Positions 39,909-50,504 are shown, numbered from the stretch's first letter. The stretch: DNA of 64,000 nucleotides from Candidatus Margulisiibacteriota bacterium (GCA_050250935.1 JBFWNS010000001.1:96001-160000); one strand, 5' to 3'. The notes: generated by a model not told the origin, from the letters alone. Numbers and translations: made by a program.

Positions 39909-42035
39909 ATGACTGCTACCCTTAACACCCAACAACAAGAAGCCATTGCCCACAGCGCGGGTCCCCTGCTGATTATTGCAGGCGCAGGCTCTGGCAAAAC
40001 CATGGTACTCACCCATAAAATTCGACATCTGATTCAAACCCAGGGGCTTTCCCCCAATGCCATTTTGGCCATCACCTTTACCAACAAAGCCGCCAAAGAA
40101 ATGAAAGAGCGAGTTCGAACCTTGTTGGGCGAAACCCAGCCCCAACCGTGGATTGCGACCTTTCATGCGTTTTGTGCCGAGGTATTGCGCAAGGAATTTC
40201 ATCATTTGGGGCGATCCCAGTCGTTTGTAATTTTGGACAGTGGGGACCAGCAACGTATTCTCAAAGACATTATTAAAAGCAACAATTTGGACGAAGACCT
40301 GTATTCGGCCGCTGTGGTTTCCGCCCGTATTAGTGGGCTTAAAAACAAGTTGGTGAGCCCCGAGGACTATCGCAACCCCAGTCGCCGGGACTACGATGGC
40401 AAATTGGCCGATGTGTATCAGGCCTATCAGTATCGGTTGCGGCAAAACAACGCCATGGATTTCGACGACCTGATTTTCGGAGTCACCACCCTTTTTGTTA
40501 CCCACCCTGCGGTGTTGGAACATTATCAAAACCGGTTTCGTTCCATTTTGGTGGACGAGTACCAAGACACCAATCATGCCCAATACATTTTGGTTCAATT
40601 GTTGGCCAAGCGTCACCAAAATCTTTGTGTGGTTGGGGATTTTGACCAAAACATTTATTCCTGGCGGGGGGCCAATATTCAAAACATTTTGAATTTTGAA
40701 CAAGACTATCCCACAGCTACCGTGATTCGACTGGAACAAAATTACCGCTCGACCCAAACCATTTTGGACGCCGCAAACGCCGTGATCGAAAACAATACCC
40801 AACGGCAACCTAAAGTGCTGTGGACCGACAATAATCCCGGAACCCCCATTGTGGTTTATGGGGCCAAAAGCGATTTTGATGAAGCCGAATGGATTACCCA
40901 CACCATCGAAGACCAATTGAAAACCCACGATGCCAACGATGTGGTGATTTTGTTTCGCACCAACGCCCAAAGCCGGGCTCTGGAAGAACAATTACAACGC
41001 AAAAGCATGGCCTATCGCCTGATTGGTGGGCTTAAATTTTTTGCCCGAGCTGAAATCAAAGATTTTATCGCCTATCTGCGGCTGATTGTGAATCCCCAAG
41101 ACCGCATTGCCTTTGCCCGAGTGGCCAACCGTCCCACCCGAGGTATGGGCGAGGTGACGGTACAAACCCTGTTGATGGCGTCTCAGGACCAGGGATTAAC
41201 CTTTCAAGAACTGCTGGCCCAAGGCAACTTACCCCTACGAAACAAGGCCAATATCCAGACCTTTTTGGACTGGGTCGAAACCCAACATCAGCACTTAAAA
41301 GCTGGGGCTTTTGCCAATTTGGGGGATTTGCTCAAACAGATTCTAGACGACACCCAATATGCCACTTGGCTGGGCCAAGATCCCGCCACCAAAGACGAAA
41401 AATTGGACAACCTCTACGAACTGATCGCCATGGGACACGCCGAAACCGATGCTGAAGCGTTTTTAAATCGCTTGGCTTTGGCCACAGATGGCGACCAAAC
41501 CGAGTCGACCCACAGTGCCGTCACGTTAATGACCATTCACCATGCCAAAGGGTTGGAATTTCCCATCGTCTTTGTGTGCGGACTGGAAGAAAAAACCTTC
41601 CCCCATATTCGGTCTTTGCACAACGATTCCGAACTCGAAGAAGAACGCCGTCTCTGTTATGTGGCCCTGACCCGTGCCAAAGAAAAGCTGTTTTTAACCT
41701 ATTCAGGACGACGCCAGGTTTTTGGCGAAGTCAGTTTGCATGAACCCTCTCGGTTTTTGGCCGAAATTCCATCTAGATTGCTCCAAACGGCTGCTCCGAG
41801 AGTGGACCTGTCTGCCGCCAAAGTAAGCTTTTCCTTGGGGAAATTTACCCCTGTTACCCAGCCTGTACAGTCTTTTGATCGGGGTGAAACGGTTTATCAC
41901 CGCGACTGGGGCCAGGGCCAGGTGATTCGTACCGAAGGGGAAGGCGAAAAAATGGTGATCCATGTGAATTTTTCGGGGTCGCTTAAAAGCTTAATTGCCA
42001 AATATGCCCCGTTGACCAAAACCCCAGGAGGTTAG
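39909..42035 (+). CDS. pcrA: ATP-dependent DNA helicase PcrA/UvrD
   Basis: AGAGSGKT, ITFTNKAA, DEYQDTN, LEQNYRST, AKGLEF, EEERRL.YV, C-terminal Tudor-like domain. Confidence 0.96.
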   Translation: MTATLNTQQQEAIAHSAGPLLIIAGAGSGKTMVLTHKIRHLIQTQGLSPNAILAITFTNKAAKEMKERVRTLLGETQPQPWIATFHAFCAEVLRKEFHHLGRSQSFVILDSGDQQRILKDIIKSNNLDEDLYSAAVVSARISGLKNKLVSPEDYRNPSRRDYDGKLADVYQAYQYRLRQNNAMDFDDLIFGVTTLFVTHPAVLEHYQNRFRSILVDEYQDTNHAQYILVQLLAKRHQNLCVVGDFDQNIYSWRGANIQNILNFEQDYPTATVIRLEQNYRSTQTILDAANAVIENNTQRQPKVLWTDNNPGTPIVVYGAKSDFDEAEWITHTIEDQLKTHDANDVVILFRTNAQSRALEEQLQRKSMAYRLIGGLKFFARAEIKDFIAYLRLIVNPQDRIAFARVANRPTRGMGEVTVQTLLMASQDQGLTFQELLAQGNLPLRNKANIQTFLDWVETQHQHLKAGAFANLGDLLKQILDDTQYATWLGQDPATKDEKLDNLYELIAMGHAETDAEAFLNRLALATDGDQTESTHSAVTLMTIHHAKGLEFPIVFVCGLEEKTFPHIRSLHNDSELEEERRLCYVALTRAKEKLFLTYSGRRQVFGEVSLHEPSRFLAEIPSRLLQTAAPRVDLSAAKVSFSLGKFTPVTQPVQSFDRGETVYHRDWGQGQVIRTEGEGEKMVIHVNFSGSLKSLIAKYAPLTKTPGG

Positions 42036-42039
42036 TCTG

Positions 42040-42753
42040 ATGATCCGTTTGGGTGTCAATATCGACCACGTGGCCACCTTGCGCCAAGCCCGAAAAGAGG
42101 GAGATCCCGATCTGTGTGCCGCCGCCCGAGATGTCTTGGAGGCCGGTGCCGACAGCATTACGGTTCATTTGCGGGAAGACCGGCGTCACATTCAAGACGA
42201 GGATTTGGCCCAGCTGATGGCCTTTGTGCCCAAATTGAATTTGGAAATGGCTGCCACCGAATCGATGGTTCGGGTGGCTTTGGAAACCCGGCCCTGGGCC
42301 TGTTGTTTGGTTCCCGAAAAACGCGAAGAACTGACCACAGAAGGCGGGTTGGATGTGGCCGGGCATCAGGCCCACCTTGCCGCTGTTGTGGCACGCTTAA
42401 AGGCCAATGGGATTTTTGTCTCGGTGTTTATAGATCCAGATTCTGCTCAACTGGAGGCAGCCCAACAGGTCGGTGCCAACGCCGTTGAACTACACACGGG
42501 CACCTACGCCCGACTCTCGCAACAAGGCACCCAAGAAACCGAACGGGAACGGCTGGTAAACGCCGCTGAATTGGGACACCAGCTGGGGTTGGCTATTCAC
42601 GCAGGGCATGGGCTTAATCGCCGCAATGTGGGGCCTATTGTGCAGCTTCCCCATCTTCAAGAACTCAACATTGGCCATAGCATTGTGTCTCAGGCTCTAT
42701 TTGTGGGGCTTCGCCAGGCTGTTAGAGAAATGAAAAGCCTGGTTGTGCTCTGA
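42040..42753 (+). CDS. pdxJ: Pyridoxine 5'-phosphate synthase
   Basis: LGVNIDHVATLRQAR, HLREDRRH, TTEGGLD, HAGHGL, NIGH. Confidence 0.98.
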   Translation: MIRLGVNIDHVATLRQARKEGDPDLCAAARDVLEAGADSITVHLREDRRHIQDEDLAQLMAFVPKLNLEMAATESMVRVALETRPWACCLVPEKREELTTEGGLDVAGHQAHLAAVVARLKANGIFVSVFIDPDSAQLEAAQQVGANAVELHTGTYARLSQQGTQETERERLVNAAELGHQLGLAIHAGHGLNRRNVGPIVQLPHLQELNIGHSIVSQALFVGLRQAVREMKSLVVL

Positions 42754-42778
42754 TTTTGGGTAGGTTATTATTAGCCCG

Positions 42779-43060
42779 ATGTCGATGAATATTCAGCCTA
42801 AATTTAATGCAGACCCCCTGAATTCCAACCCCAACTTGGCTGAAGCAGGCTCTGTTATTTTGGATGTTAACAACCGTAAAGTGGCCATTCGACGCTCTAA
42901 AATTAAAGACATCGCAAAAGGGTTGGCCGAAATTGCGTTTTCCATGGGCGAAACCAACGACATGGACACCTACACCGCCATGATGGCCGAAGACATCTTC
43001 GAAGCCCTTCAAAAGGTTCGCAAACGGCAAAAAGAAAAAAAGAAAAAAGGGCATTCTTAA
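42779..43060 (+). CDS. Hypothetical protein with basic C-terminal tail
   Basis: Fills the gap between pdxJ and convergent mfd; no motif recognised. Confidence 0.6.
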   Translation: MSMNIQPKFNADPLNSNPNLAEAGSVILDVNNRKVAIRRSKIKDIAKGLAEIAFSMGETNDMDTYTAMMAEDIFEALQKVRKRQKEKKKKGHS

Positions 43061-43082
43061 ACCCTATTCTTCAGTGTGATTT

Positions 43083-45197
43083 TTACCGCAATTGAGCCCT
43101 AATTCCCTCGAACAAAATCTTCACCACCTCTGGCAGCTGTCCATAGCGGTCTTCGACTTCCCAAATTAAATCGTCCAGTTCGTCTTGTCGGGTTACGCCC
43201 ATCAAGCGCTGATAAATGGCCAACCGTTCGGATTCTGTATCGATGTAGTCGTCGGGGATATAGGTCTGAAGCACGTCTTCCAAATGAAGGGTTGGTTTTT
43301 GAGGCGGTCGTTGGCCTCGCGCTCGATAAACGGCATCTTCCAAAAGCTTACAATACAACTCGAAGCCCACAGCTGTGACATGGCCCGATTGCCGGTGCCC
43401 GAGCATGGTTCCGGCCCCCCTCAATTCGAGGTCTTTGAGGGCCAATTTGTATCCCGATCCCAAGGCCATATAGTCGCGAATGGCTTGGAGGCGCTTGATC
43501 CCTGCCCCGCTGAGGGTTTCTTCGCTGGTGTAAAACAAATGGGCATAGCCTTGTTTTTCGGTTCGTCCCACCCGACCCCGCAATTGGTGGATCTGAGACA
43601 ACCCAAAGTTTTCGGCTTTTTCGATGATGATGGTATTGGCGTTGGGAATGTCCAACCCGTTTTCGATGATGGTACTGCAAAGCAAGACCTGAATCTCGCC
43701 TGCCAGAAACCTTGCCATGGTTTTTTGAAGGGCCCCTTCTGGCATTTGGGCATGGGCCACCTCCAGGGTGACATTCCCCAAAATTTTTTGAAGCGCCGCC
43801 GCCCGTTGGGCGCTGTAGCGAACGTTGTTATAGATGTAAAACACCTGCCCACCCCGAGACAATTCGGTGGCTACAGCCTGATGAACAGCCTCGTCGCTGT
43901 AGGCTTGAACCGCCGTTAAAACCGGTTTTCGCTTCAAGGGCGGGGTACTGATGAGGGACAAATCTCGAGAGCCTGTCAACGACAAATAGAGGGTTCGGGG
44001 AATGGGGGTTGCACTGACCGACAAAACATCCACCGTGGGATGGGCTTTTTTGAGGGCTTCTTTGTGGGTCACCCCAAAGCGTTGTTCTTCGTCCAAAATT
44101 AAGAGGCCTAAATTTGGAATACTCACATCTTTTTGAAGCAAACGGTGGGTGCCAATGACCACATCCACGCTGTTGCGTTTTAAGCCATCCAAAATGGCTT
44201 GCTGGTCTTTTTTAGACCGAAACCGAGACAACCCCTCAACCCGGATGGGAAAGGGCTCGAATCGCTTTTTAAACAGGGTCAAATGCTGTTCGGCCAACAG
44301 GGTGGTTGGGGCCACGATGGCCACTTGCTTGCCGTTGTCTGCCGCTTTAAAGGCAGCCCGGAGCATAACTTCGGTTTTGCCATAGCCCACTTCACCACAG
44401 AGCAACCGGTCCATGGGACGCTGGGATTCCATATCGGCTTTAATGGCGGCAATGGCCGACAGTTGATCCTGGGTTTCTTTATAGGGAAAGGTGGCCTCTT
44501 GCTCGAGTTGCCAGACGCTGTCTTCTTTGCAGGCAAACCCCACCACCAATTGACGTTGTTTGTACAGCTCGTAAATGTCCGAGGCCAATTCCAAAACGGC
44601 TTTTTGGGCCTTCTTTTTGGTGGTTTTCCAGCTGCCGTCATACAGGCCATTAATCACGGGCTCGGTTTCGGAGTCGCCATAGGGATGCACCCAATTCAAC
44701 TGGTCCAAAGGCACAAACAACCGGTCTTCGCCCTTGTATTGAATCCACAAAAAGTCGCCTTCTTTTCCAGCAAAAGCCCGGCGAACCAGTCCTTTATAGC
44801 GCCCCACCCCATAGTGTTCGTGAACCAAAATATCGTCGATTTTGTAGGTCGACAGAACCGAATCGTCCAACACCGCCTCGCCCATGGGTTGGAAATAGGG
44901 GGATTTTTGAACCGTATTCGTGGCCGCAATGGTGGTTTTTTTGAGTTCGGACAAAGACCGTTGTGTTTGAACCAAAAACGAATTGAGCCGCTCGATGGAC
45001 TCCCCAAAATAGTCGATGCGAATGGGATTGGTTTGATTCACCGCAAACACGTCGATGATGGAACCACGCACCGAAAACTCACCCGCTTCCAAAACCATGG
45101 GAACCCGGACATAGCCCAGATCCACCAAATTTTTGATTAGGTTTTCGTGACTGGGGTATCGCTTTTTGGTCAGGTCTAGGGTAAGGGTCATTGCCAA
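43083..45197 (-). CDS. mfd: Transcription-repair coupling factor, compact 704-aa form
   Basis: GEFSVRGSIIDVF (UvrB-homology), VH..YGVGRY (RID), GEVGYGKTEV, DEEQRFG, QLRGRVGR, ERL..Y (TRCF). Confidence 0.92.
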   Translation of the reverse strand: MAMTLTLDLTKKRYPSHENLIKNLVDLGYVRVPMVLEAGEFSVRGSIIDVFAVNQTNPIRIDYFGESIERLNSFLVQTQRSLSELKKTTIAATNTVQKSPYFQPMGEAVLDDSVLSTYKIDDILVHEHYGVGRYKGLVRRAFAGKEGDFLWIQYKGEDRLFVPLDQLNWVHPYGDSETEPVINGLYDGSWKTTKKKAQKAVLELASDIYELYKQRQLVVGFACKEDSVWQLEQEATFPYKETQDQLSAIAAIKADMESQRPMDRLLCGEVGYGKTEVMLRAAFKAADNGKQVAIVAPTTLLAEQHLTLFKKRFEPFPIRVEGLSRFRSKKDQQAILDGLKRNSVDVVIGTHRLLQKDVSIPNLGLLILDEEQRFGVTHKEALKKAHPTVDVLSVSATPIPRTLYLSLTGSRDLSLISTPPLKRKPVLTAVQAYSDEAVHQAVATELSRGGQVFYIYNNVRYSAQRAAALQKILGNVTLEVAHAQMPEGALQKTMARFLAGEIQVLLCSTIIENGLDIPNANTIIIEKAENFGLSQIHQLRGRVGRTEKQGYAHLFYTSEETLSGAGIKRLQAIRDYMALGSGYKLALKDLELRGAGTMLGHRQSGHVTAVGFELYCKLLEDAVYRARGQRPPQKPTLHLEDVLQTYIPDDYIDTESERLAIYQRLMGVTRQDELDDLIWEVEDRYGQLPEVVKILFEGIRAQLR

Positions 45198-45835
45198 TCC
45201 GGGACATAGGCCAGGGTAAAGCCCACCATGTCGAGGTTTCTGTGGTGTTTGAGGGTTTTGGCCAGTTCGGTCAGGGTGGCCCCCGAGGTTAAAATGTCGT
45301 CTACCACGGCCACGCGCTGGTAAGGGGGAAAGCTGTCTTCCACCCTAAAACAATTCCTCAAAATGGTTTTGCGTTGTTCGGCAGTTTGGGCATGAAGGGG
45401 CGGCGTGTCGACGGTTCGATTCACCGGGGTTGTGTAGTGGGCTTGATGGGTTTCAAAATAGGGCGAAAAGACCAAATCGAGGTGATTATAGCCCCGTTTT
45501 CGAAGCCGATCGGGGTGACTGGGAACAGGAATCCAGGCGTCGATGCCATGGAAGGGCAACACCCCCATGTGTTTTTGAAGGGCGGCCACCAACAGGGGGG
45601 CAGCCTCAGGACACTGTTCAAATTTCAAGGCCCGTATCAGCGATTTAACCGGCCCCTCGTAGGGAAAAAGTCCAATTACAGAGACCATCCCTTCTATGTG
45701 GGTATTAAAATGAGGCTTCGGAACCACCTGTTTTCGACAGGGCTCGCACAAGATTCCCTCTCCCAAACTACCACAATGGCAGCAGACCCTGGGAAAAATA
45801 AGATCGAATAGTTTGACCAACCAGGACTTCATCAT
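45188..45835 (-). CDS. comF: ComF family protein (Zn finger + phosphoribosyltransferase)
   Basis: C..C...C..C, PVP, RGYN, VDDILTSGAT. Confidence 0.88.
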   Translation of the reverse strand: MMKSWLVKLFDLIFPRVCCHCGSLGEGILCEPCRKQVVPKPHFNTHIEGMVSVIGLFPYEGPVKSLIRALKFEQCPEAAPLLVAALQKHMGVLPFHGIDAWIPVPSHPDRLRKRGYNHLDLVFSPYFETHQAHYTTPVNRTVDTPPLHAQTAEQRKTILRNCFRVEDSFPPYQRVAVVDDILTSGATLTELAKTLKHHRNLDMVGFTLAYVPDWQ

Positions 45836-45901
45836 GCCCCAAATCATAGTCTGGATTGGCCTCTTGCCACAACGTTTGGGTGTGACCTACCATGAACCTC
45901 C

Positions 45902-46573
45902 ATGAAAACCTATCGCATTGCTCCCTCCATTTTGTCTGCCGATTTTGCCCGTTTGGGCGATGAAGTCAACGCCGTTTTGGCAGCCGGTGCCGATTGGGTT
46001 CATTTTGATGTCATGGACAACCACTATGTCCCCAACCTGACCATTGGGCCTTTGGTGTGCGAAGCGTTGCGCAACCACGGCATTACAGCCCCCATCGATG
46101 TGCATTTGATGGTCAAACCTGTGGATCGCATTATTGGGGATTTTGTTAAAGCCGGTGCCTCGGCCATTACCTTTCATCCCGAAGCGTCTGAACACATCGA
46201 CCGATCTTTGTCGTTGATTAAAGACGCGGGTCTGATGGCCGGCTTGGTGTTTAACCCTGCAACGCCATTGGATTATTTGGACTATGTGATGGACAAAATT
46301 GATATCGTACTGATTATGTCCGTTAATCCCGGTTTTGGGGGGCAATCTTTTATCGATGCTGTTATTCCCAAAATCAGAAAAGCCAAAGAAAAAATTCAGG
46401 CCAGTGGCCGCAATATTATTTTGGAAATTGATGGGGGCGTAAACCCTGGCAACATTCGCCGCATTGCCGAAGCGGGAATCGACACATTTGTGATTGGTTC
46501 TGCCCTTTTTAAAACCCCCAACTATGTGGACACCCTTGCCCAGTTTAGAAACGAGCTGGCACAAGCACGTTAG
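45902..46573 (+). CDS. rpe: Ribulose-phosphate 3-epimerase
   Basis: [35 protein letters not shown]. Confidence 0.98.
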   Translation: MKTYRIAPSILSADFARLGDEVNAVLAAGADWVHFDVMDNHYVPNLTIGPLVCEALRNHGITAPIDVHLMVKPVDRIIGDFVKAGASAITFHPEASEHIDRSLSLIKDAGLMAGLVFNPATPLDYLDYVMDKIDIVLIMSVNPGFGGQSFIDAVIPKIRKAKEKIQASGRNIILEIDGGVNPGNIRRIAEAGIDTFVIGSALFKTPNYVDTLAQFRNELAQAR

Positions 46574-47222
46574 CATCCAAAAAATCCGGGGACGCAAGTC
46601 GCTGAGCCTTCGTGTGGAAGGCCCCGATCGGATTGTGGTGCGGTCGCCTTGGTTGGTGTCGCCGAAAACCATTTGGCAGTTTATCTATGAAAAATCCGAC
46701 TGGATTCAAGACCGCTTGGACGATCACGCCGCCAGGCACCGTCCCCTGACAACCGGCCGGGAATTGCTGTATTTGGGCCAACCCAAAACCCTTCAGATTG
46801 TCCCTTCACCTAAAAAAAGACCGGTTGTAACCTTGGCACAAGACACCTTAAGGGTTGCAACCCAACACCCAGAAACTGTTAAAGCCGCTTTGGAAAAATG
46901 GTATCGGGCCAACGCTGCCGACATCATTTCGGACCGGGTCTCGATTTTTCAGCCCCAGGTCGGGAAACCGGTCAATGCCATTCGGTTTAAAACCCTCAAA
47001 AGCCGCTGGGGCAGTTGTTCGTCCAAAAATAATTTAAACTTTAACTGGACCCTGATGATGGCCCCTCTGGATGTGATCGATTATGTCGTGGTTCATGAAC
47101 TCTGCCATTTGCTGGTCCCCAACCATTCGGCTGCCTTTTGGGAAACCGTCGCCAAGATCTTGCCCGACTACAAACAGCGGTGGGCCTGGCTTAAAAACAA
47201 CGGGGAAAAACTCCGCCTTTAG
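46524..47222 (+). CDS. YgjP/M48-like zinc metallopeptidase family protein (start uncertain)
   Basis: [20 protein letters not shown]. Confidence 0.88.
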   Translation: MWTPLPSLETSWHKHVSIQKIRGRKSLSLRVEGPDRIVVRSPWLVSPKTIWQFIYEKSDWIQDRLDDHAARHRPLTTGRELLYLGQPKTLQIVPSPKKRPVVTLAQDTLRVATQHPETVKAALEKWYRANAADIISDRVSIFQPQVGKPVNAIRFKTLKSRWGSCSSKNNLNFNWTLMMAPLDVIDYVVVHELCHLLVPNHSAAFWETVAKILPDYKQRWAWLKNNGEKLRL

Positions 47223-47225
47223 CCG

Positions 47226-47468
47226 CTAGGAGGCTTTGGACCTGCGGGGTTTTTGGAAATGGCTCAGGGTAAACAAAGCATGCTTTTTAGCCTCGGACAG
47301 CTTTCGAATCAACGGCACGGTGTCGATGGCCATATCGTAGTGGTGTTTGCGCAAGTCGGTATTGTGCAGGGCCTCGGTTTCCAGTTCGTAAATCAGGGAT
47401 TGCAATTGATTGGCAACCTGGGCGATACGCTCCAAATGGTCTTTGCCCAACTGTTCTTCGGCGCTCAT
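47226..47468 (-). CDS. Hypothetical helical protein
   Basis: 4-nt overlap with the EVE gene stop; fills the gap. Confidence 0.6.
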   Translation of the reverse strand: MSAEEQLGKDHLERIAQVANQLQSLIYELETEALHNTDLRKHHYDMAIDTVPLIRKLSEAKKHALFTLSHFQKPRRSKAS

Positions 47469-47932
47469 GGTTTGGGTTTGCCCAGGGTTTCGATGAACTT
47501 AAATTCGGCTTCTGTGACGGGCTGAACCGACAGGCGAGACCCTTTTTGAAGCACCACCATGTTGGCCAATTCGGGGTATTGTCTTAAATCCGACAAGGAC
47601 ACAAACTTGGAAAACGTGCTGACATAACCCACATCCACCATTTCCCAAATGGGTTTTTCGGGGGTGGATTTGGGATCAAAATGATCGTGATTGGGGTCTT
47701 CCCAAGCGGTAAAATCGGGGTGGGCTGCTTTCACCACTTTACAAATGCCAGCAATCCCCGAAGGCTCGGCGTTGGAGTGATAAAAAAAAGCCAAATCCCC
47801 AACCGACATGGCATCGCGCATAAAATTTCGGGCTTGATAGTTTCGAATGCCATCCCAAAAGGTGGCTTTGTCTCGCTTGAGATCGGCAATGGAATAACAA
47901 CCGGGCTCTGTTTTTAATAGCCAGTACTTCAT
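47465..47932 (-). CDS. EVE domain protein
   Basis: YWLLKTEP, WDGIRNYQARN, FYHS, RLSVQPV; alternative start at 47941. Confidence 0.94.
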   Translation of the reverse strand: MKYWLLKTEPGCYSIADLKRDKATFWDGIRNYQARNFMRDAMSVGDLAFFYHSNAEPSGIAGICKVVKAAHPDFTAWEDPNHDHFDPKSTPEKPIWEMVDVGYVSTFSKFVSLSDLRQYPELANMVVLQKGSRLSVQPVTEAEFKFIETLGKPKP

Positions 47933-47962
47933 ATTCGTCATGATAAATTTTATACTGTCGGG

Positions 47963-48298
47963 ATGCAAGGCCACACCCATCACCAGTCCGAAGGCGCCCT
48001 CCAGGAGCTTGTCGCCGTTAAACCCCCACATTTTTATACCGTGGTGCTGTTAAACGACGATTTTACGCCCATGGAATTTGTCACTTGGATTTTGGAGACC
48101 GTGTTTTATAAAACCCCAGAAGAAAGTGTGAAGTTGATGCTCGATGTCCACCACCGAGGGCGTGGCGTTTGTGGGGTGTTCACCTATGACATTGCCCGCA
48201 GCAAAGCCAGCCAAGTCGAAGAGCTGGCCAGGCAACACCAACACCCGCTACACTGTGTGATTGAACCCGTTTCCCCCGAAGATAGCACCGCACCATGA
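47963..48298 (+). CDS. clpS: Clp protease adaptor ClpS
   Basis: LLNDDFTPMEFV, MLDVH..G, HPL.C. Confidence 0.96.
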   Translation: MQGHTHHQSEGALQELVAVKPPHFYTVVLLNDDFTPMEFVTWILETVFYKTPEESVKLMLDVHHRGRGVCGVFTYDIARSKASQVEELARQHQHPLHCVIEPVSPEDSTAP

Positions 48299-48305
48299 TA
48301 CTGCC

Positions 48306-50504
48306 ATGATACTAATTGAAGAACTCGAAAAAACCCTTACAGCCGCCTACGACGAAGCCAAAACCCGTCATCACGAATTTGTGACGCTTGAACACCTGCT
48401 GTTGGCTTTAACCTTCGATCGGATTTCGGCCACACTTTTGGAAGTGTGTGGGGCCAATTTAACCACCCTTCGCCAAGACCTTCGTAGCTTTTTGGATGAA
48501 AAAATCACCGCCCTGCCCCCCCATATTCAAAAAGACCCCGAATATTCGGTGGGCTTTCAGTTTGTGTTGCAACTGGCCATTGGGCATAGCGAATCGGCCG
48601 GTAAAAATCACATTGATGCCAGCAACCTGTTGGCGGCGTTGTTTCGCGAAGAGCAATCGGCTGCGGTGTATTTTTTGAGCCAACAAGGGATCTCGCGCTT
48701 GGATGTGCTTCGGGTGATGGCCCATGGCAGTGCCAAACCCGAGGTTGAACGCACCGAAACATCCGAAGAATCGGGTGGCGCAAAGGCCCTGGAAGGCTGT
48801 TGCCTGAACCTGAACGAGATGGCCAAAACCCAGGGCTTTGACCAGCTGATTGGCCGAGACATCGAGCTGGATCACATCATCCACTGTTTGGGCCGGCGCC
48901 GAAAAAACAATCCCATTTTGGTTGGGGATGCTGGGGTGGGGAAAACCGCCTTGGCCCAAGGTCTGGCCGCTAAAATCGTGGCCGGCGATGTTCCCGACTT
49001 TTTGAAAAATGCGGTTTTGTATAGCCTCGATATGGGGGCTTTATTGGCCGGAACCCGGTACCGGGGGGATTTTGAAGAACGCCTCAAAAAAGTCCTGACC
49101 CAACTCGAAAAAGAGCCGTTTAGCATTTTGTTTATCGACGAAATTCATACCCTGATCGGTGCTGGAACCTTGGGCAACGGCAATTTGGATGCGGCCAATT
49201 TACTCAAACCGGTGTTGTCCAGCGGAGCTCTGCGCTGCATGGGGACCACCACCCACGAAGACTATCGCCGCATTTTCGACAAAGACCAAGCCTTGTCCCG
49301 CCGCTTTCAAAAGATCTCGGTTTCTGAACCTTCCGAAACCGAAACCACGGCCATTTTGCAAGGTCTTAAACCGAAATTCGAATTGTTTCATACCGTTCGC
49401 TACGACGACGCTGTGATGTCCCATTTGGTACAAAGCGCAGGCCGCCTTTTCCACGATCGCCGATTCCCCGACAAAGCCATTGATTTGATGGACGAGGTTG
49501 GGGTGACCCTGAAGCTTCAAAATCGTACCGACAAACACATTACGGTTGCCGATGTGGATGCGGTGCTTAAAACCCGATACCCCCATCTTTTAACCACAGC
49601 AGAACCCGACAAAAAAGACCTTAAATCCAGTTTATCTGCTGTGTTGTTTGGCCAAGACTCGGCCATAGAAACGGTTGCCGATGCTGTGCAGATTGCCCAA
49701 GCGGGTTTGCACGATCCCCAGCGGCCCCTGGGCTGTTTTTTGTTTGCAGGCCCAACAGGGGTCGGTAAAACCGAATTGGCCAAACAAACCGCCGAACACC
49801 TGGGCATGACCTTTTTACGCTTCGACATGAGCGAATATATGGAAAAACACGCCGTTGCCCGACTGATTGGGGCGCCCCCAGGCTATGTTGGCTACGAACA
49901 AGGGGGCTTGCTGACCGAAGCCGTTCAAAAATCCCCCAAATCGGTGGTTTTGCTCGACGAAATTGAAAAAGCCCACGACGATATTGCCAATATCTTGCTC
50001 CAAGTGATGGACCACGGCACCCTGACCGACACCAATGGCCGCGCCGTCAGCTTCAAAAACACCCTCCTAATTTTAACCACGAACGCCGGGGCCAAAGAAA
50101 GCCAACAAAAACCGATTGGATTCGACAAGCCCGATTTCGAGGACCGCAGCAAAGAAGCCATTGAAAAACGGTTTTCCCCGGAGCTGCGGAACCGTCTGAC
50201 CGCCATTGTGACTTTTGCCCCGCTTCAAAAGGCCGTCATGACCCAAATTTTGGACAAGGAATTGCAAGTGATTGTCGCCCGCTTGGCCGAAAAAAAGGTT
50301 ATCTTTTCTCTCGATGATGCCGCCAAAACGATTTTGTTGGACAAGGGCTTTGACCCCGCCATGGGCGCAAGACCGCTTAAACGCTGCCTGGAACGGGAAA
50401 TTTTGGTTCCCCTCTCCAAAGCCGTGCTGTTTGGCCAGCTCCAAAATGGTGGAAACGCCACCTTAATCGCCCAAGAAGGCCAGCTTCGGATGAGCTACAC
50501 ATGA
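48306..50504 (+). CDS. clpA: ATP-dependent Clp protease ATP-binding subunit ClpA
   Basis: HEFVTLEHLLLAL N-domain; two AAA modules (GVGKTA, GPTGVGKTE); no M-domain; follows clpS. Confidence 0.95.
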   Translation: MILIEELEKTLTAAYDEAKTRHHEFVTLEHLLLALTFDRISATLLEVCGANLTTLRQDLRSFLDEKITALPPHIQKDPEYSVGFQFVLQLAIGHSESAGKNHIDASNLLAALFREEQSAAVYFLSQQGISRLDVLRVMAHGSAKPEVERTETSEESGGAKALEGCCLNLNEMAKTQGFDQLIGRDIELDHIIHCLGRRRKNNPILVGDAGVGKTALAQGLAAKIVAGDVPDFLKNAVLYSLDMGALLAGTRYRGDFEERLKKVLTQLEKEPFSILFIDEIHTLIGAGTLGNGNLDAANLLKPVLSSGALRCMGTTTHEDYRRIFDKDQALSRRFQKISVSEPSETETTAILQGLKPKFELFHTVRYDDAVMSHLVQSAGRLFHDRRFPDKAIDLMDEVGVTLKLQNRTDKHITVADVDAVLKTRYPHLLTTAEPDKKDLKSSLSAVLFGQDSAIETVADAVQIAQAGLHDPQRPLGCFLFAGPTGVGKTELAKQTAEHLGMTFLRFDMSEYMEKHAVARLIGAPPGYVGYEQGGLLTEAVQKSPKSVVLLDEIEKAHDDIANILLQVMDHGTLTDTNGRAVSFKNTLLILTTNAGAKESQQKPIGFDKPDFEDRSKEAIEKRFSPELRNRLTAIVTFAPLQKAVMTQILDKELQVIVARLAEKKVIFSLDDAAKTILLDKGFDPAMGARPLKRCLEREILVPLSKAVLFGQLQNGGNATLIAQEGQLRMSYT

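Noticed and set aside
39891..40991. 366-aa minus-strand ORF
   Set aside because: Antisense shadow of pcrA with no motifs.
42761..42788. Fourth sigma28-like site (TAGGTTAT...GTCGATGA)
   Set aside because: Poor -35 match, 12-nt spacing, and it overlaps the predicted start codon.
43185..45140. 244-aa and 313-aa plus-strand ORFs
   Set aside because: Antisense shadows of mfd; they do not supply the missing Mfd domains.
45887..46672. 261-aa minus-strand ORF
   Set aside because: Antisense shadow of rpe.
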